Source: an uncultured Planctomycetota bacterium (lineage in GTDB: Bacteria > Planctomycetota > Planctomycetia > Isosphaerales > Isosphaeraceae). From it: a stretch of DNA of 64,000 nt. The position numbers and the translations under genes are program-made. The notes beneath the pieces are model-generated. The model was not told the origin of the DNA. It was given only the letters and a program-made list of their open reading frames with translations, and did not search any database. Where the stretch lies: assembly GCA_963845755.1 (NCBI GenBank), contig CAWJTV010000011.1, positions 1,056,001 to 1,120,000 on the forward strand, given 5' to 3'. Numbering within the stretch: the stretch's first letter is position 1; every line of letters begins with the position of its first letter. Below, piece by piece: positions 32,420 through 45,200 of the stretch.

Positions 32420-34577
32420 ATGAACGAGGTCCTGCATCCCGACATCGAGCAGATCGCTTCCTTCCATCTGGGCACGCTCCCGCTGGAGAAAGTGAATGCC
32501 CTGGTCGCTCATCTGGACGGCTGTCAAGACTGTCGTGTCCGCGCCGAGGGCCTCGAGGGGAAAACCGACCTGTTCGTTTCCTGCCTCCGATGCGTGGCGG
32601 AAGTGCCGCCCGAGGATCCGGCCCAACACAAGCTGATGGATTATGCCGCCCGGATGCCCCGGAAGAACGTCGGGCTTCCTGCCTCCCAGGCGCCGCTGAT
32701 GGTGGCCGGCCTCGAGGTGATCCGGGAGTTGGCGCGCGGCGGACTCGGGGTCGTCTACCTGGCCCGCCATCCCGTACTGGGCGCCCTGCGCCGGTCAAGC
32801 GACCGCAGTCGCGCGGCGAGGAACTCCGGCAGATCCTGCTCGCCCGGTTCCGTCGCGAGGTCCGGGCCGTGGGGGCCTTGCGGAACGATCACATCATCCG
32901 TGCCATCGACGCCGGTGACGACCCCGAAGGTCCCTACCTGGTGATGGAACTCGTCGATGGCGAACCGCTGAGTCGCCTGGTGGCGCACCACGGCAAACTG
33001 CCTGTCGCCGAGGCCTGCGAACTGGTCCGGCAGACCGCGATCGGCTTGCAGGCCGCCCATGAACGGGGACTCGTTCATCGCGACATCAAGCCGTCCAACC
33101 TGATGCTGGCCCGCGCCAATGCCGGGCGCGCGTGGTGGTCATCGACTGGGGGCTCGTCAAGCAGAATACCGACGGCGGTCAGGCCGATGTCGTGACCGAA
33201 CCCGGGCTGACCTCGTCGGGATCGACCATAGGGACTTACGACTACATGGCCCCCGAACAGGCGACGGATGCCGGCGGCGTCGACATCCGCGCCGATCTCT
33301 ACAGCCTGGGCGCCACGCTCTACTGCCTGCTGGCCGGCCATCCCCCCTTCCATGGCCGGACGAACCAGCAGAAACTCAAAGCTCAACTGAGTGAGCCGTT
33401 CCCACCGCTGAATCGCCTCCGTAAGGACATCCCCGGCGGGCTGATCAAGGTCCTCGATCGGATGGTCGAGAAAGAGGCCACAAAGCGATACCTGATCCCC
33501 GCCGAGGTGGTGAACGCATTGCAAGGATTCTGTTGCAGGCCCGACTCGCCTACGCTCCTCGACTTGCTGGAATCCCCTGCCGTCAATCCGGCCCCGGGTC
33601 TCAAAGGGAATCCCATTTTCGACGGGTCAACCGACTCGGGATCCGTAACGCCTCCGGGCGGCCCATCTCCGATCTCGCCCACGCCACCATACCCCGGTCA
33701 CAAGCCCACGTCGGTACCGATCGGAGGGCGCGTGGCCGCGGTGGCGGCTTACTTCCAGCGAGCGCTCGGCGGCGCCCTCCCTGGAAACGGTCTTGGCGGC
33801 AGGCGAGCCGCGATGGCCGGGCTGATCGGCGTCGTCCTCCTGGGCGTATTCCTCTTCGTCCTGAGCGCGGTCCGCTCCAGGAGTCCGGTTCTTCTCGACG
33901 AGGACTTCCGCGAATCCCTCAAGAACAATCGTGCGCTCCCCGAAGGCTGGACCGGCAACGCCTTGACCGTGGTCGCCGATGAAAACAAGCGCGCATGCCT
34001 GGAGACCGCCAAGAAGGAGGGCGACGACCTCGTGACGCTCCCCACCTTGGCTCTCGGCGACAACTTCTCCATCGAGGGGGACTACATTCTGCGGGGATAT
34101 CAGTTCAACTCCCGGACGGCTAGCCAGTCCTTGTCGATCCAACTGGAATCCACCAAGGGAGACACAACCGTTCGCATTGTCATCAACCATGCCGGCTTCG
34201 TGACCATTGGGAATAATCAACCTCGCCAGGCGCCCGGTTTCCCGCTGCCGCCACCGCAGGATCAACATGGAAACGTCAACCGGGAGTACCTCGGGCAGTT
34301 CAAGATCAGCAAATTCCGCATGATCCGTGACGGAAAGATGTTGCGGGTGTACCTCAATGGCAAGCCGGCGGCCACCGCGACGCTCGAGGATCTCCCGGAT
34401 ACGGACACGGTGCGCATCGGCTTGACGGCCGGAGTTGTCGAGGCTCCCTTCCCGAGAATCCAGAAGGTCGGCTATGCCGCTAGGCTCTACAACCTGAAGA
34501 TCTGCTCGCCCGCCACTAACGAGCCGTCGAAGGCACGAACCTCATCGACGAGCGACGGCAACTCCGGAACGCCTTGA
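32420..34577 (+). CDS. Membrane Ser/Thr kinase with N-terminal HxxxCxxC zinc-finger-like segment; 2 frameshifts
   Basis: HLDGCQDC; ARGGLGVVY; HRDIKPSN; IDWGL; GTYDYMAPEQ; one TM helix; C-terminal beta-rich domain. Confidence 0.88.
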
Positions 34578-34608
34578 GTCATTCCGGGAACCACCATCCG
34601 GATCTCCT

Positions 34609-36985
34609 ATGAACCACTATCCCGCCCTGTTCGAGCTGGCGAATCAAAAGCTCCACCCTCTCGGGGGGTCGGAATCGTTCCTGGTGGGACGGAATGAGAC
34701 CGCGGATGTCCCGGTGCTCGACACGACCTGTTCGCGCCACCATTTCCGGATCGTCCGGCGCGAGGGCCGGCATTTCGTCGAGCCGCTCAACGCGGGGAAC
34801 CCGACGTATCACAATGGCCGACCGGTCGCGAATCCCGAGCCCGTCGAGCACGGATCCGTCCTTCAGGCCGGTCGGGCGCGTTTCCAGTTCCTGGTTCGCG
34901 AGCGTGGGGACGACACGCGAAAGAACGTGACGATTCCGCTCGTCGTTCCGGCCGCCGACTCGACCGTGATGGCCGGTTCGGGACCGGTTGACGCCGACCT
35001 TCCCGGGCTCGCGGTGTTTCCCCTCGCGGGCGTGATGATGGTGGGGCGCGAGTCGGGGCGCGTGCAGATCCTCCTGCCGCATCCCCAGGTGTCGCGCAGT
35101 CACGCCTGCATCACGCTCCAGGGGAAGACCGCGACTCTCACGGACCTCAATAGCGCCAACGGGACGTTCGTCAACGGCCAGCGGATCCAGGCGCGCCGCG
35201 ACCCTCAAACCCGGCGATCAGATCGATATCGGACCCTATGCTCTTGCGTTCACCGGAACGACCTTGGTCCCGCGTCCTCGCTCCGATAACGTCGAGCTGG
35301 TGGCCCGCGGGATCCATCGCGTCGTGGTGAACCGCGAGACCGGCCGGCCGCTGGTGCTGCTCGATGAGATCAGCCTGGTGATCCGGCCGCGCGAGTTCGT
35401 CTGCCTGCTCGGCCCCAGCGGCTCGGGGAAATCGACCCTCCTGTCGGCGCTCAGCGGCCGCGCGGCCGCCGACAATGGATCCGTGCTCCTCAACGGCAAG
35501 GATCTCTACACGCATTTCGAGGCCCTTAAACAGGACATCGCCGTCGTTCCTCAGAAGGACGTGCTGCACGACTCGCTCGCCGTGGGACAGGCCCTCTGGT
35601 ACACGGCGAAGCTGCGTCTCCCTCCCGATACGAGCCAGTTGGAGATCGAGCAATCCCTGGGCGAGATGCTCGAGACGGTCGGTCTCACGGGCCGCCGCGG
35701 CACGGTGATCCGCCACCTCAGCGGCGGGCAGGTGAAGCGTGCCAGCCTGGCCAATGAGATCCTCTGCAAGCCGAGCCTGCTCTTCCTCGACGAGGTGACC
35801 TCGGGACTCGACGAGCAGACTGACCGCGAGGTCATGAACCTGTTCCGTTCCCTGGCCGACGCGGGCAAGACGGTGGTCTGCATCACGCACAGCCTTGCCA
35901 ATGTCGAGCGGACCTGCCACCTCGTCGTCATCCTCACTCCCGGCGGCATGCTGGCCTTCGTCGGCAAGCCGGCCGAGGCGCTGGCGTACTTCGACATCGA
36001 ACGGCTGGGCGACGTCTACGAGCGCCTCGCGGAAAAGCCGGCGGAAGACTGGCAACGGGCATTCCGGGCGAGTCCGCTGTGGCAACGCTATGTCACCGGG
36101 CGCCTGCCGCGCGAGACCGCCGCGCCGGTCAACGCAGGGCTCACGCGAGGCAGCCGTTCGGGCGAGCGGCTGAAATTGTTCTTGCGCCAGTCGGTCCTGG
36201 TGACGAGCCGGTATGCCGCGATCTGGCGGGGCGACTCGCTGTCGCTCCTGGCGATGGCGGCCCAGGCGCTGGTCGTGGCCGTGCTACTCGGCCTCCTGTT
36301 CGGAGACCTCGACAAGGTGACGAGGCCCGACGAGCACGCCCGGCGCACGGTCAATCTGATGTTCCTGCTGGCGGTTTCGAGCTACTGGTTCGGCTGCAAC
36401 AACGCGGCGAAGGAAATCGTCAAGGAGCGCGTCATTTTCCGGCGTGAACGCGACTTCAACCTCCGCGTGGAAAGCTATTTCACTTCGAAGCTGATCCTCT
36501 TGACCGCGTTCAGTTGGCTCCAGGCGCTCCTGCTCTTCGGGATCGTCCGTGCCTGGTGTCATCCGCCCGGCCTGGCCGGTCAGGCGTTAACCGTGCTCTT
36601 GACGCTCGCCCTGGCGGGCGTCACGCTGGGGCTGGCGATCTCCGCGTTCGCGGCGACCGAGGAGATGGCGATCACCCTGATTCCAATGGCGATCATCCCA
36701 CAAATCATCCTGTCGGGAGCGATTTCTCCGCTCGAGGGAGTGAGCAAGGTGCTGGCCCTGCTGGGCATATCGACGTACTGGGGCAAGCGGGGCCTGGACG
36801 CTGGCCTGCCGGAGAAGGTGGCGCGCGCGGTCTTACCGTCGGGCCTGGAACAGCATTCCACGGGCGTTGCGCTGCTGGTGTTGCTGGCGCATGCAGTGGC
36901 GTGCATCGTGGTGTCGCTGGCGGTGCTGCACTGGCAGAATCGCCGCCGCGGACTGGCCGCACTCCTCGGACGCAAGGCGCGGTAA
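34609..36985 (+). CDS. FHA-FHA-ABC transporter (ATPase plus permease; Rv1747-like), frameshift near 35195
   Basis: Two FHA motifs (GR...SRHH; GR...VSRSHA...SANGTFVNG), GPSGSGKST, LSGGQ, LFLDEVTSGLD, ABC2 membrane domain. Confidence 0.92.
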
Positions 36986-37097
36986 CCGCCTCGATCCGCC
37001 GGGCGCGTTTCCAGGGTCTTGGTTCGATCGGGGCGATCGATCATGATGGTATGCCGACGGACTTTTGCCGGCGCGACTCGGACATCCCGGAATCCCC

Positions 37098-37887
37098 ATG
37101 ATCACGTCGTGGTCGGCAGGAATCGCCGACGAGCACATGGACGAGGGCATTCTCATCGAGCTGGGGACGGTGGTCCGCCGTCATCCCTGGTGGCGAGCGC
37201 GCGCGGCTGACCGGCGCTTGCTGGACCGGCTGGGCGTGCGGCCGCCAGCCCGGGTGCTCGATGCCGGCTGCGGATGGGGCGTGACTCTGGCCATGCTGGA
37301 ACGGCGCGGCTATCGTGCGGCCGGTCTCGATGTCTCCCGGCGGACGCTGGCTCAACTGGACGGAGAGAAGCCCGGCCGCGAGCTGATCGAAGCCGACCTG
37401 TCCGGCCCCCTGGCGGTCTCGGTCGAGCCGTTCGATGCCGTGCTGGCCCTCGACGTGATCGAGCACCTCGACGACGACCGCGCCGCCGTGGAGCGGCTGG
37501 GCAGGCTGGTGCGTCCGAACGGCGGACTCGTGGTCGTGAGCGTGCCGGCCAGGCCCGACCTATTCTCCGAGTTCGACCGCATCCAGGGTCATCGTCGCCG
37601 GTACGATCCTCCGCGGTTGCACGCGGCCTTCGCCGACACCCACCTCGTCGTGGATCGCCTCTTCTGGTGGGGTGCCTGGATGGTCCCGATCCTCCGCCGC
37701 CGCGCGCACCCGGCCGCACCCATCGGTTGCGGAGACGCCAGCCGAGACCTACCTCCGTTACTTGCACACCCCACCCTGGCCGGGCTCCTGGCTGCTACAG
37801 CTCGCGTATGCCCTCGAGCAGCCCTGGGCGCTGGCCCAGCGGCTCCCCACCGGGACCTCGCTGTTTGCCGTCGCTCGACGCGCATGA
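37098..37887 (+). CDS. Class I SAM-dependent methyltransferase (frameshifted)
   Basis: HPWW, VLDAGCGWG, LDVIEHLDDD, GHRRRY. Confidence 0.85.
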
Positions 37888-37950
37888 TCGATTCGAGGAC
37901 AATGACCGATTGCGTCTTCCCATCCCTCTCTGAGACAGGAGCTGAATCGC

Positions 37951-40354
37951 ATGAGGACCTTCATGAAGGGAGCATGCGCCGGTTTGCTGATCGTCGCCGG
38001 GGCCGCGGCGCTCGGCGTTCCGGCGGCCGAGGGCGACGGTCCGCAAGCGGGTGCGTCTCACCCGGTGGCGATTGCCGGGTCCGGCCGGCCGCAGCAGGCC
38101 GGGGCGGGGAATGTCGTCGCCGTCCTGGCCCAGTCGTCGCCGCTACAAGGGGCTCCCGGGGAACGCCAGGCCCCCGCGGGTGGCACGCGATCGGCCGCCG
38201 TCTGGCCGTTCCATCCCCAGCGCGACACCTTCCGCCCCGATGCGCTGCTGGACTTGCGCGCGCTGAATGAGCCGATCGCCGGCCAGAGCGGTTTCATCCG
38301 GCTATCCGCCGACAAGAACGACTTCGTGCGCGGCGACGGCGTTCCCTTGCGGTTCTGGGCCGTGAATTTCGACTTCTCTCGAAACCCGAACCTCGAATCC
38401 CTCGGCCACACCGCGCGGTTCCTGGCGAAGCGCGGCGTGAATTTGGTCCGTCTGAATGGGTTCCTGGAGTCTCACGCGAAGAATTCGCGGGTCACCGATG
38501 CCGATCCGAAAGTCATCGACCAGGCCTGGCGGCTGGTCGCGGCGATGAAGAAGGAAGGCATCTACACGGTGATCAGCCCGTACTGGGCCGCGGAGGTGAA
38601 GCATGTGCCCGCTTCCTGGGACCTCGGGGACTGGCCCGAGAACGTGAGCCCGCAGGGCCTGCTGTTCTTCAATCCGAAGCTCCAGAAGGGCTATAAGACC
38701 TGGCTGAAGGACCTGCTGACCCGCCGCAACCCCTATACCGGCATCCCGATCGCTCGGGATCCCGCCGTCGCCTTGATCCAGATCCAGAACGAAGACAGCC
38801 TCTTGTTCTGGACCGAGCAGGGAATCAAGGGCCAACAACTCACCTTGCTGGGTCAGCAGTTCGGCGACTGGGCCAGGCGGAAATATGGTTCGCTCGAGGC
38901 CTGCGCAGCGCGCCTGGAGCGGTCAGTCGATGCCCGAGGACGATCCGGCTCGGGGCGTCCTGGGTGTCCACCCGATCTGGCAGTTCACCAGGCCGCAGAC
39001 CGGGGGCCTCAAGAAGCGGCTTGACGATCAGCTCCGGTTCTTCGGCGAGACGATGTATCGATTCAACGCCGAGATCGCGCGCTACCTCCGCGAGGAGCTC
39101 GGGTGCAAGCAATTGATCAACGCCGGCAACTGGAGGACGGTCGATGCCATCCGGCTCAACGACGTCGAGCGCTGGTCTTACACGGCCAACGAGGTGCTCG
39201 CGGTGAATAGCTATTTCAGCCCAGTCCACCTCGGCCCCAACCGCAACTGGCGGATCGACCCGGGCGACCGGTTCCAGAACCAGTCGGCCCTGGTGAACCC
39301 GCGAGCCTTGCCCCTGGCCATCAAACAAGTGATCGGATATCCGATCGTGGTCACCGAGACACAATGGCAACCGCCCGCGGGCTTCCAGTCCGAGGCGCCA
39401 TTCCTGGTGGCGGCCTACCAGTCGCTGACCGGCGTGGATGCCGCGTTCTGGTACACGACCGTGGAGTTCGAGTGGTCGAATCGGGACGTGGCCGAGTGGG
39501 ATTCGGCATCGCGACAGAAGTATGCGACCGCCGTCCCCATGATGCTCGGCCAGTTCCCGGCCGCGGCGCTGCTGTTCCGCCGGGGTGACGTCAGCCTGGG
39601 CCAGCCGGTTGTCGTCGAGCACCGCAGCCTCGAACAGCTCTGGGAGCGGGTGCCGCCGATCATCGCCGAGGATGCCCGCTATGACCCCAATCGCGACCTG
39701 GGCGACACGGCCAAGCAGTCGAATCTCGCGCATGGCGTGGACCCGCTGGCCTTCCTGGTCGGGCCGGTCCAGGTCGTCTATGGCTCGGACCCGGCCAAGA
39801 CGACGGCCGCGGACCTGGGCCGCTACATCGACTCCGAGAAGAAGGTGATCCGCAGCAACACCGGCCAGCTCGCCTGGGATTATGGCCGGGGCGTCTGCAC
39901 GCTCGACGCGCCCCGGGCCCAGGGCGTGACCGGGTTCCTCCGCCCGGTCAGTCCCATCACGCTGAGCGACGTCACCATCCGATCGGAGAACCCGTACGCG
40001 ACCGTGCTTGTCGTCGCGCTCGACGATCAGCCGCTGGCCAAGAGTCGTCGGGTCCTCGTCCAGGTCGGTACCCGGCAACGGCCCACCGCCTGGCGCGATC
40101 ACGCGGTGACCTTCACGGTTGACAATGGCCGCGAAACGATCAACGGCCGCCAGATCGATTCAACCGGGACGATGCCCTGGATCATCGCGGCGACGGAAGT
40201 CACCATCCAGGTGCGGAACGCCGGCCTGACTTCGGCCACGCTCCTCGACATCAACGGGAACGCCCGGGCGAAAGTGCCGCTCCGCCGCGCCGGGGCCGCG
40301 ATCGAGGTGGAGCTCCCCCAGGATGCGATGTACGTCGTGCTCGGTACACAGTGA
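37951..40354 (+). CDS. Secreted clan GH-A-like glycoside hydrolase, frameshift near 38905
   Basis: RFWAVN, RGVNLVRL, QIQNED (acid/base-like), IVVTE (nucleophile-like). Confidence 0.7.
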
Positions 40355-40496
40355 GAGGCCCGGACTTCTCAAGGGATCAGCAGGGCGCGGTTCCGTTCGA
40401 GCCGGCATAGAGCAGGGCCGTAAGCGGCTCGTACGGAGCCTCCTGTGATGTCGTCCACGTCGAAATCCGGTCGTCTCAGTCTTATTAACCCTGCCG

Positions 40497-41051
40497 TCAA
40501 GGTGAGCGACCTGCGCCTGGGAGATTGGTGACCTGGAGACCGTTCGGTGGCTCGCCGGTCTTCAGACTGACGACCAAGATGCGCGGCGTGAGCCAGTGGA
40601 GCCGGTTTTTCAGTGCGTCGATCAGAACCGATGCCTGATTCTGCCTGCGACCCCGAGGGCCAGGCGGAAGGTCCTGTTCCAGCCATAGCATGGCGTGGAC
40701 TGGAGTCTGACCGCACCCCAACCGCCTCACGACTCGTCCCCAGACCTCTTCGTTCCCGCGATGATGGGCCGCGACGATTCCGGCGATCGTGTCGCGAAGC
40801 TTCTGGCCGACCTCGATCGCCAACTCACCTTCCCTCAGCCGCTCCTGGTTCTCGATCCGATGCCCGCGGAAGTCCTTCACCTCGATCAGGTAGAGCCGAG
40901 AATCTGCCTGGAGGGCCACGAAATCGACGGCCTTCGTCTCGTCCAGACGTCTGATTCGATCTGTGTAATCCGAATGTTCGTCATACTTGATTACGAACCA
41001 AGAGTCATCAAACTCGAAGCGAAGTCGAGCTTCGTCGAACGTCCCTGGCAC
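40497..41051 (-). CDS. Hypothetical protein with PD-(D/E)XK-like motif
   Basis: KAVDFVA...LYLIEVKD; starts 10 nt after the ATPase stop. Confidence 0.75.
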   Translation of the reverse strand: MPGTFDEARLRFEFDDSWFVIKYDEHSDYTDRIRRLDETKAVDFVALQADSRLYLIEVKDFRGHRIENQERLREGELAIEVGQKLRDTIAGIVAAHHRGNEEVWGRVVRRLGCGQTPVHAMLWLEQDLPPGPRGRRQNQASVLIDALKNRLHWLTPRILVVSLKTGEPPNGLQVTNLPGAGRSP

Positions 41052-41061
41052 GGTCAGGCCC

Positions 41062-42144
41062 TCACTTGACTCGATCGTTTTGATAGAACAACGCGCGCTC
41101 TCGGTCGTAGAGCGCCTCGAACTCTTCCATGATGGGATTTCGATCCAGCTCGGCGAGCGTCCCTCCGGACTGAACCTCGACCCCGCCCTGATCGCATCGG
41201 CTGAAGGCGAAGAAGCGAATCGGCGCGTCGCCGGCCGCGGGCGTCTGATACTCGGCGTTCAGGGACAACTCATTGGTCAAGAGATAATCGTGAGTGGCGA
41301 CGAGAATCTGGACTCCGTGAGCGGCGAGCTGGAGAAGGAAGTCCGCCACGATCTTGATGAGCTTGGGGTTCAGGCCAGACTCGGGTTCGTCCCAGAAGAG
41401 CACACTGTTTTTCGTCAGCCAGCCGTTGGCGATCAGACGCATCAAGGTGGCGATCTTGCGGAAACCTTCGGCCGCGAGAGGAGCTTCGATTTTGCCGTCG
41501 TCCTTCGACAACAAGTAGAAGTGATCGCCTTCGAGAGTGACTTCGATGCCGAGAGATTCGCCGAGTGGACGCCATAACTCTGATGCAGCCTCGCCACTCG
41601 GTCCACGGAACGGTGACGCGCTCAAGGCGAAGCAGAGATCCGCATACGTCTCGTCAAAAGCCAGCTCGCGATTCTGGTAGGCCGCGTAGAACCCGGGATA
41701 GATGGAAAGGACTTCGCGAGTAGGAAGGAAGACGCCAGTCGGTTCGATCTCGAGATCATCGGGGTGCCGCTTCACGCGGAGTTCTCCAAGAGTGTTCAGT
41801 TCAAAGCTGATCATACCCTCGTCGAAATCGAGCTGAGCCGTTAGTTTCTTCCTGCTCCGACTTCTTCGAACCAGACGCCCGATCTCTCCATGATCGGGCC
41901 GAAAGACGGCGGCGAGTTTCATCGACAGCCTGTCTGCCAAGAACTTAGGCAGACCCGGGGATGTCGAGGCCGCCTGATTCATGAGAGCATGCCGGACACG
42001 CAGCATGGAATAAGCCAGTTTCAGCACGTGGGTCTTGCCGGTGGCGTTGGCCCCGATGAAGACGTTGACTCCGCGGGAGAAGGACAGTCTTGCCTTATCG
42101 AAGACTGTGAATCCGGTTATATTCAAGTTCTGGAGCATGCTCAA
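41062..42144 (-). CDS. Soluble ABC-type (AAA_21/AAA_15-like) ATPase
   Basis: Walker A GANATGKT, signature-like AEGFRK, Walker B VLFWDEPESGLNP, H-loop VATHD; no TM helix. Confidence 0.92.
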   Translation of the reverse strand: MSMLQNLNITGFTVFDKARLSFSRGVNVFIGANATGKTHVLKLAYSMLRVRHALMNQAASTSPGLPKFLADRLSMKLAAVFRPDHGEIGRLVRRSRSRKKLTAQLDFDEGMISFELNTLGELRVKRHPDDLEIEPTGVFLPTREVLSIYPGFYAAYQNRELAFDETYADLCFALSASPFRGPSGEAASELWRPLGESLGIEVTLEGDHFYLLSKDDGKIEAPLAAEGFRKIATLMRLIANGWLTKNSVLFWDEPESGLNPKLIKIVADFLLQLAAHGVQILVATHDYLLTNELSLNAEYQTPAAGDAPIRFFAFSRCDQGGVEVQSGGTLAELDRNPIMEEFEALYDRERALFYQNDRVK

Positions 42145-42217
42145 TAAATCCTGGCGATCAGAGTAGCAAAGGGGACGCAGCTACGAAGCAGCAACGGACC
42201 TGGTACCCGGGAATGCT

Positions 42218-45200
42218 TCAAGACGTCCGCACCCGGAAGACGCTCAGCTCGCCGGCGTCGGGCTGGGGGTAGCGGAGCACCTCGCCGCGATGTTCGGCGA
42301 ACTGGACGAGCCCCTGCATGAAGGCGACGCCGTCGCAGAGCCGGTCGTCCTCGTAGACCTGCATCGGCGGCTCGATCAAGGGCCGGGGGAGGAAGACGAT
42401 CGTCTTGGTCCGCGCAGGGTGATCGACACGTTCAGCCGGTTGAGGCTGTAGATGAACTCCTTCTCGTTCATCGCGTGCTCGACGTCCGAGACGCCGTAGC
42501 TGACGATGACGACCTCGCATTCCTGGCCTTGCATCCGGTCGACGGTCTCGACGAACGGGTCCCGGTGCCAGGGCCGGACCGCCGTCAGGGCGCGGCGGAT
42601 GGCCTTGATCTGGAGATGATGCGGGCTGACGACGAAGAGCCCGTCCTTCCAGAACGCGGCATCGCCCTCGGGAGTATCGGGGTACTTGCGGCGGGGGCCG
42701 AGCTGGAGTCGCTCGCGGAGCCGGACGGCGGCGCGCACCACCAGCCCCGCCTCGACCCGATTCTCGACCGTCGCGCGCACGCCGTCGAGCACGCCGATGA
42801 CCAGCGGGTAATTCGGGTCGAGCAGGACGTCGGCCAGCTCGTCGCCGTTGGGCGACCTGGCCAGCGCCAGCTTTCGCGTCGCGATCTCGTTGCTGGCGCT
42901 GCGATACGCGGGGGTGTAGATCTGCTCGGCCGGGTAGAGGCAGAGCGTGCGGCTCATCCGCCAGTTCTCCAGGAGCGTCGCGGTGTAGCGGCGGTCGGGG
43001 TCCTGGGCCTTCAGGCATTCGAAGATCGAGCGGTGAAGGATCGGCTCGCCGGGTTCCGGGTCGGGGTATGCCGCCTGGATGATCGGCGGGAGCTGCTTGT
43101 CGTCGCCGGCAATCAGCAGCCGCGCCGCTGGGCCGAGTCGGCCGAGCACGATCGCGGCCTCGGGTACGCGCAACTGCGAGCCCTCGTCCACGACGACGAG
43201 GTCCGCGCCGAGAGCGGCCGTCCCCTTGTGGATCGCCCAGGCGGTCCCGCCGCACAGGCCAATCGTCTCGCCGGTCGGCCAGCCCCAGCCGGTCTTGCCC
43301 ACCTTGGCGTCAACGTCCTGGACGTCGTCCATGCCGGTCAGCCGGCCCCCACCGAGCTTGTGGATCGGAAACGCGCCTCGGACGATCTGGTGCCGCCGCT
43401 GGAGCTCGGCCGCCTTGCGCAGGGCGTTGTCGATCGCCGCGTGCGTGAAGGCGGTCAGGAGAGTCCGGAAGGGCTTGCCCGCGGCGCGGTGGGCTTCGGC
43501 CAGGCAGAGGATGGTCGAGGCCAGGAAGTGGGTCTTCCCCGTGCCGGGCGGGCCCCAGACCAGGCGGAGGCCATGGTCGAGGATCCCCTGGAACGCCGAG
43601 AGCTGGCTCGCCGTCATGCCGTGGTGTCGGGCCAGATCCAGGGCACGATCGCGAATCGCTGTCGGCACCGCGAGCGAACGCGCCGCCTCGTGCGGCCGTT
43701 CGATCAGGTTCACAAACGGCGCATCGGCCTGCCGGTCGAGCTCGGACAGGTGGGCGAGGACCTTGTCGATGTTGTAGTCGGTGTACCGCTGCTCCAGGAA
43801 GTATTGCGCTCCCGGCTTCAACGAGGGGAAGAGCCGGCCGGGCTTGACGTCCAGGCGGAGCACGCCCTCGGTGGAATCCTCGGGATCCCCGATCGCCTTG
43901 ACGCCCGCCAGCGCGAGCGGCAAGTTGTTCGGCGCGTACGGCCGGTCCTTCCAGACGTAGTCGTCGAAGCTGAGCCGGGCGATGTTCCCTTCTTCCGACG
44001 CCTCGGTCAGGATCCAGTTGGCGAACGTCTCCTCCTCGAGCTTCACGTCCCGCTGGGAGGGGTCGAGGCGGAAGCGGCCGTCGGCCAGATGAGTGAGGCG
44101 GAGGGTTTCACCGTCCATCAGCCGTTCGCCCAGCGGGGCCATCCGGCGCTCGCGGACGCCCAGGTAGCCGAGGATCGATTCGTGGCGGGCCACGAACGCC
44201 AGCCGCGAGAGGGCCGGATGGCGGTGATCGAAGGCCGACGGCAGCTTGAATTTCGGCGGCCAGGCGAACAGCGAGTGGCCCGACTCGGTCAGCCGCTCGC
44301 GGATGCCGTTGATCAGGCTATTCGTCCCCGCCAGCCGGTAGCGGATCTCGCGCTCGATCCGCTCGACATACTCATCCTTGTCCTGATGCCAGACAGCGAA
44401 GATTGCGTCCGACCGCATCTGGTTGGAGAGCGCGAACGAGAAATAGTCGTTCTCCTGGTAGGGGAATCCGAACTGCTTGGGCATGAGCAGCCGGACGGCG
44501 TCGGCGAAGCGGTAGGCGATGTCCAGGGGCAGGGCGAGCCGGTCGCGGAGGACGTCGACCAGGACCACGACCGGGAAGACCACTTCGTCGGCCGGCTGAT
44601 TCTTGGTCTGGATCAGCTCGGGGCGCTGGAAGTGGAAGAAGACCTGGAGCGCCTCCTCGGCGACCTCGGGATCGGCGACGCGGCGGAGCAGGACCTCGGT
44701 GAGCCGATCGCGCTCATAGGTATCATAGGTATAAGCTTGCAGATTTTTCTGGAACTTCCATTCCGGGGCGCGGGTATTGTGATCGTGCACGGGCTTGAGC
44801 AGGCCGTACAGGGCCCGGACGAACTCCCGCTCGAGCTCGGCGCAGCACTCGGGGTGCGGGTGCGCGCCACGTTGACCATCGGCTTCGGGTTCTCGCCGAG
44901 GACCTCGCGCAGGCCCTGGGCCTGGATGCCGTAGGCATAGACCTGGCCTGAGACCGGCTCGGACTGGACCGTGATCACCAGGCGGATGTTCTCGCCCCGG
45001 GGCATGGCCAGGGTCGCGCCGTCGTGGACGTGGGCCTCGCTATTTCGCATCGCGCGGACCTGGAGGCGAAGGCGCTCGGCCCGCCCTCGCAGCGAGGCGC
45101 AGTCGTCGAGCAGCCCGACGCGCGCGGGATCCTCGAGCAGCCGCTCGCAATCGGCCAGCGTCTTCACCGGGGGCTCGAGCGCGCCCAGGAACTGCTTGGC

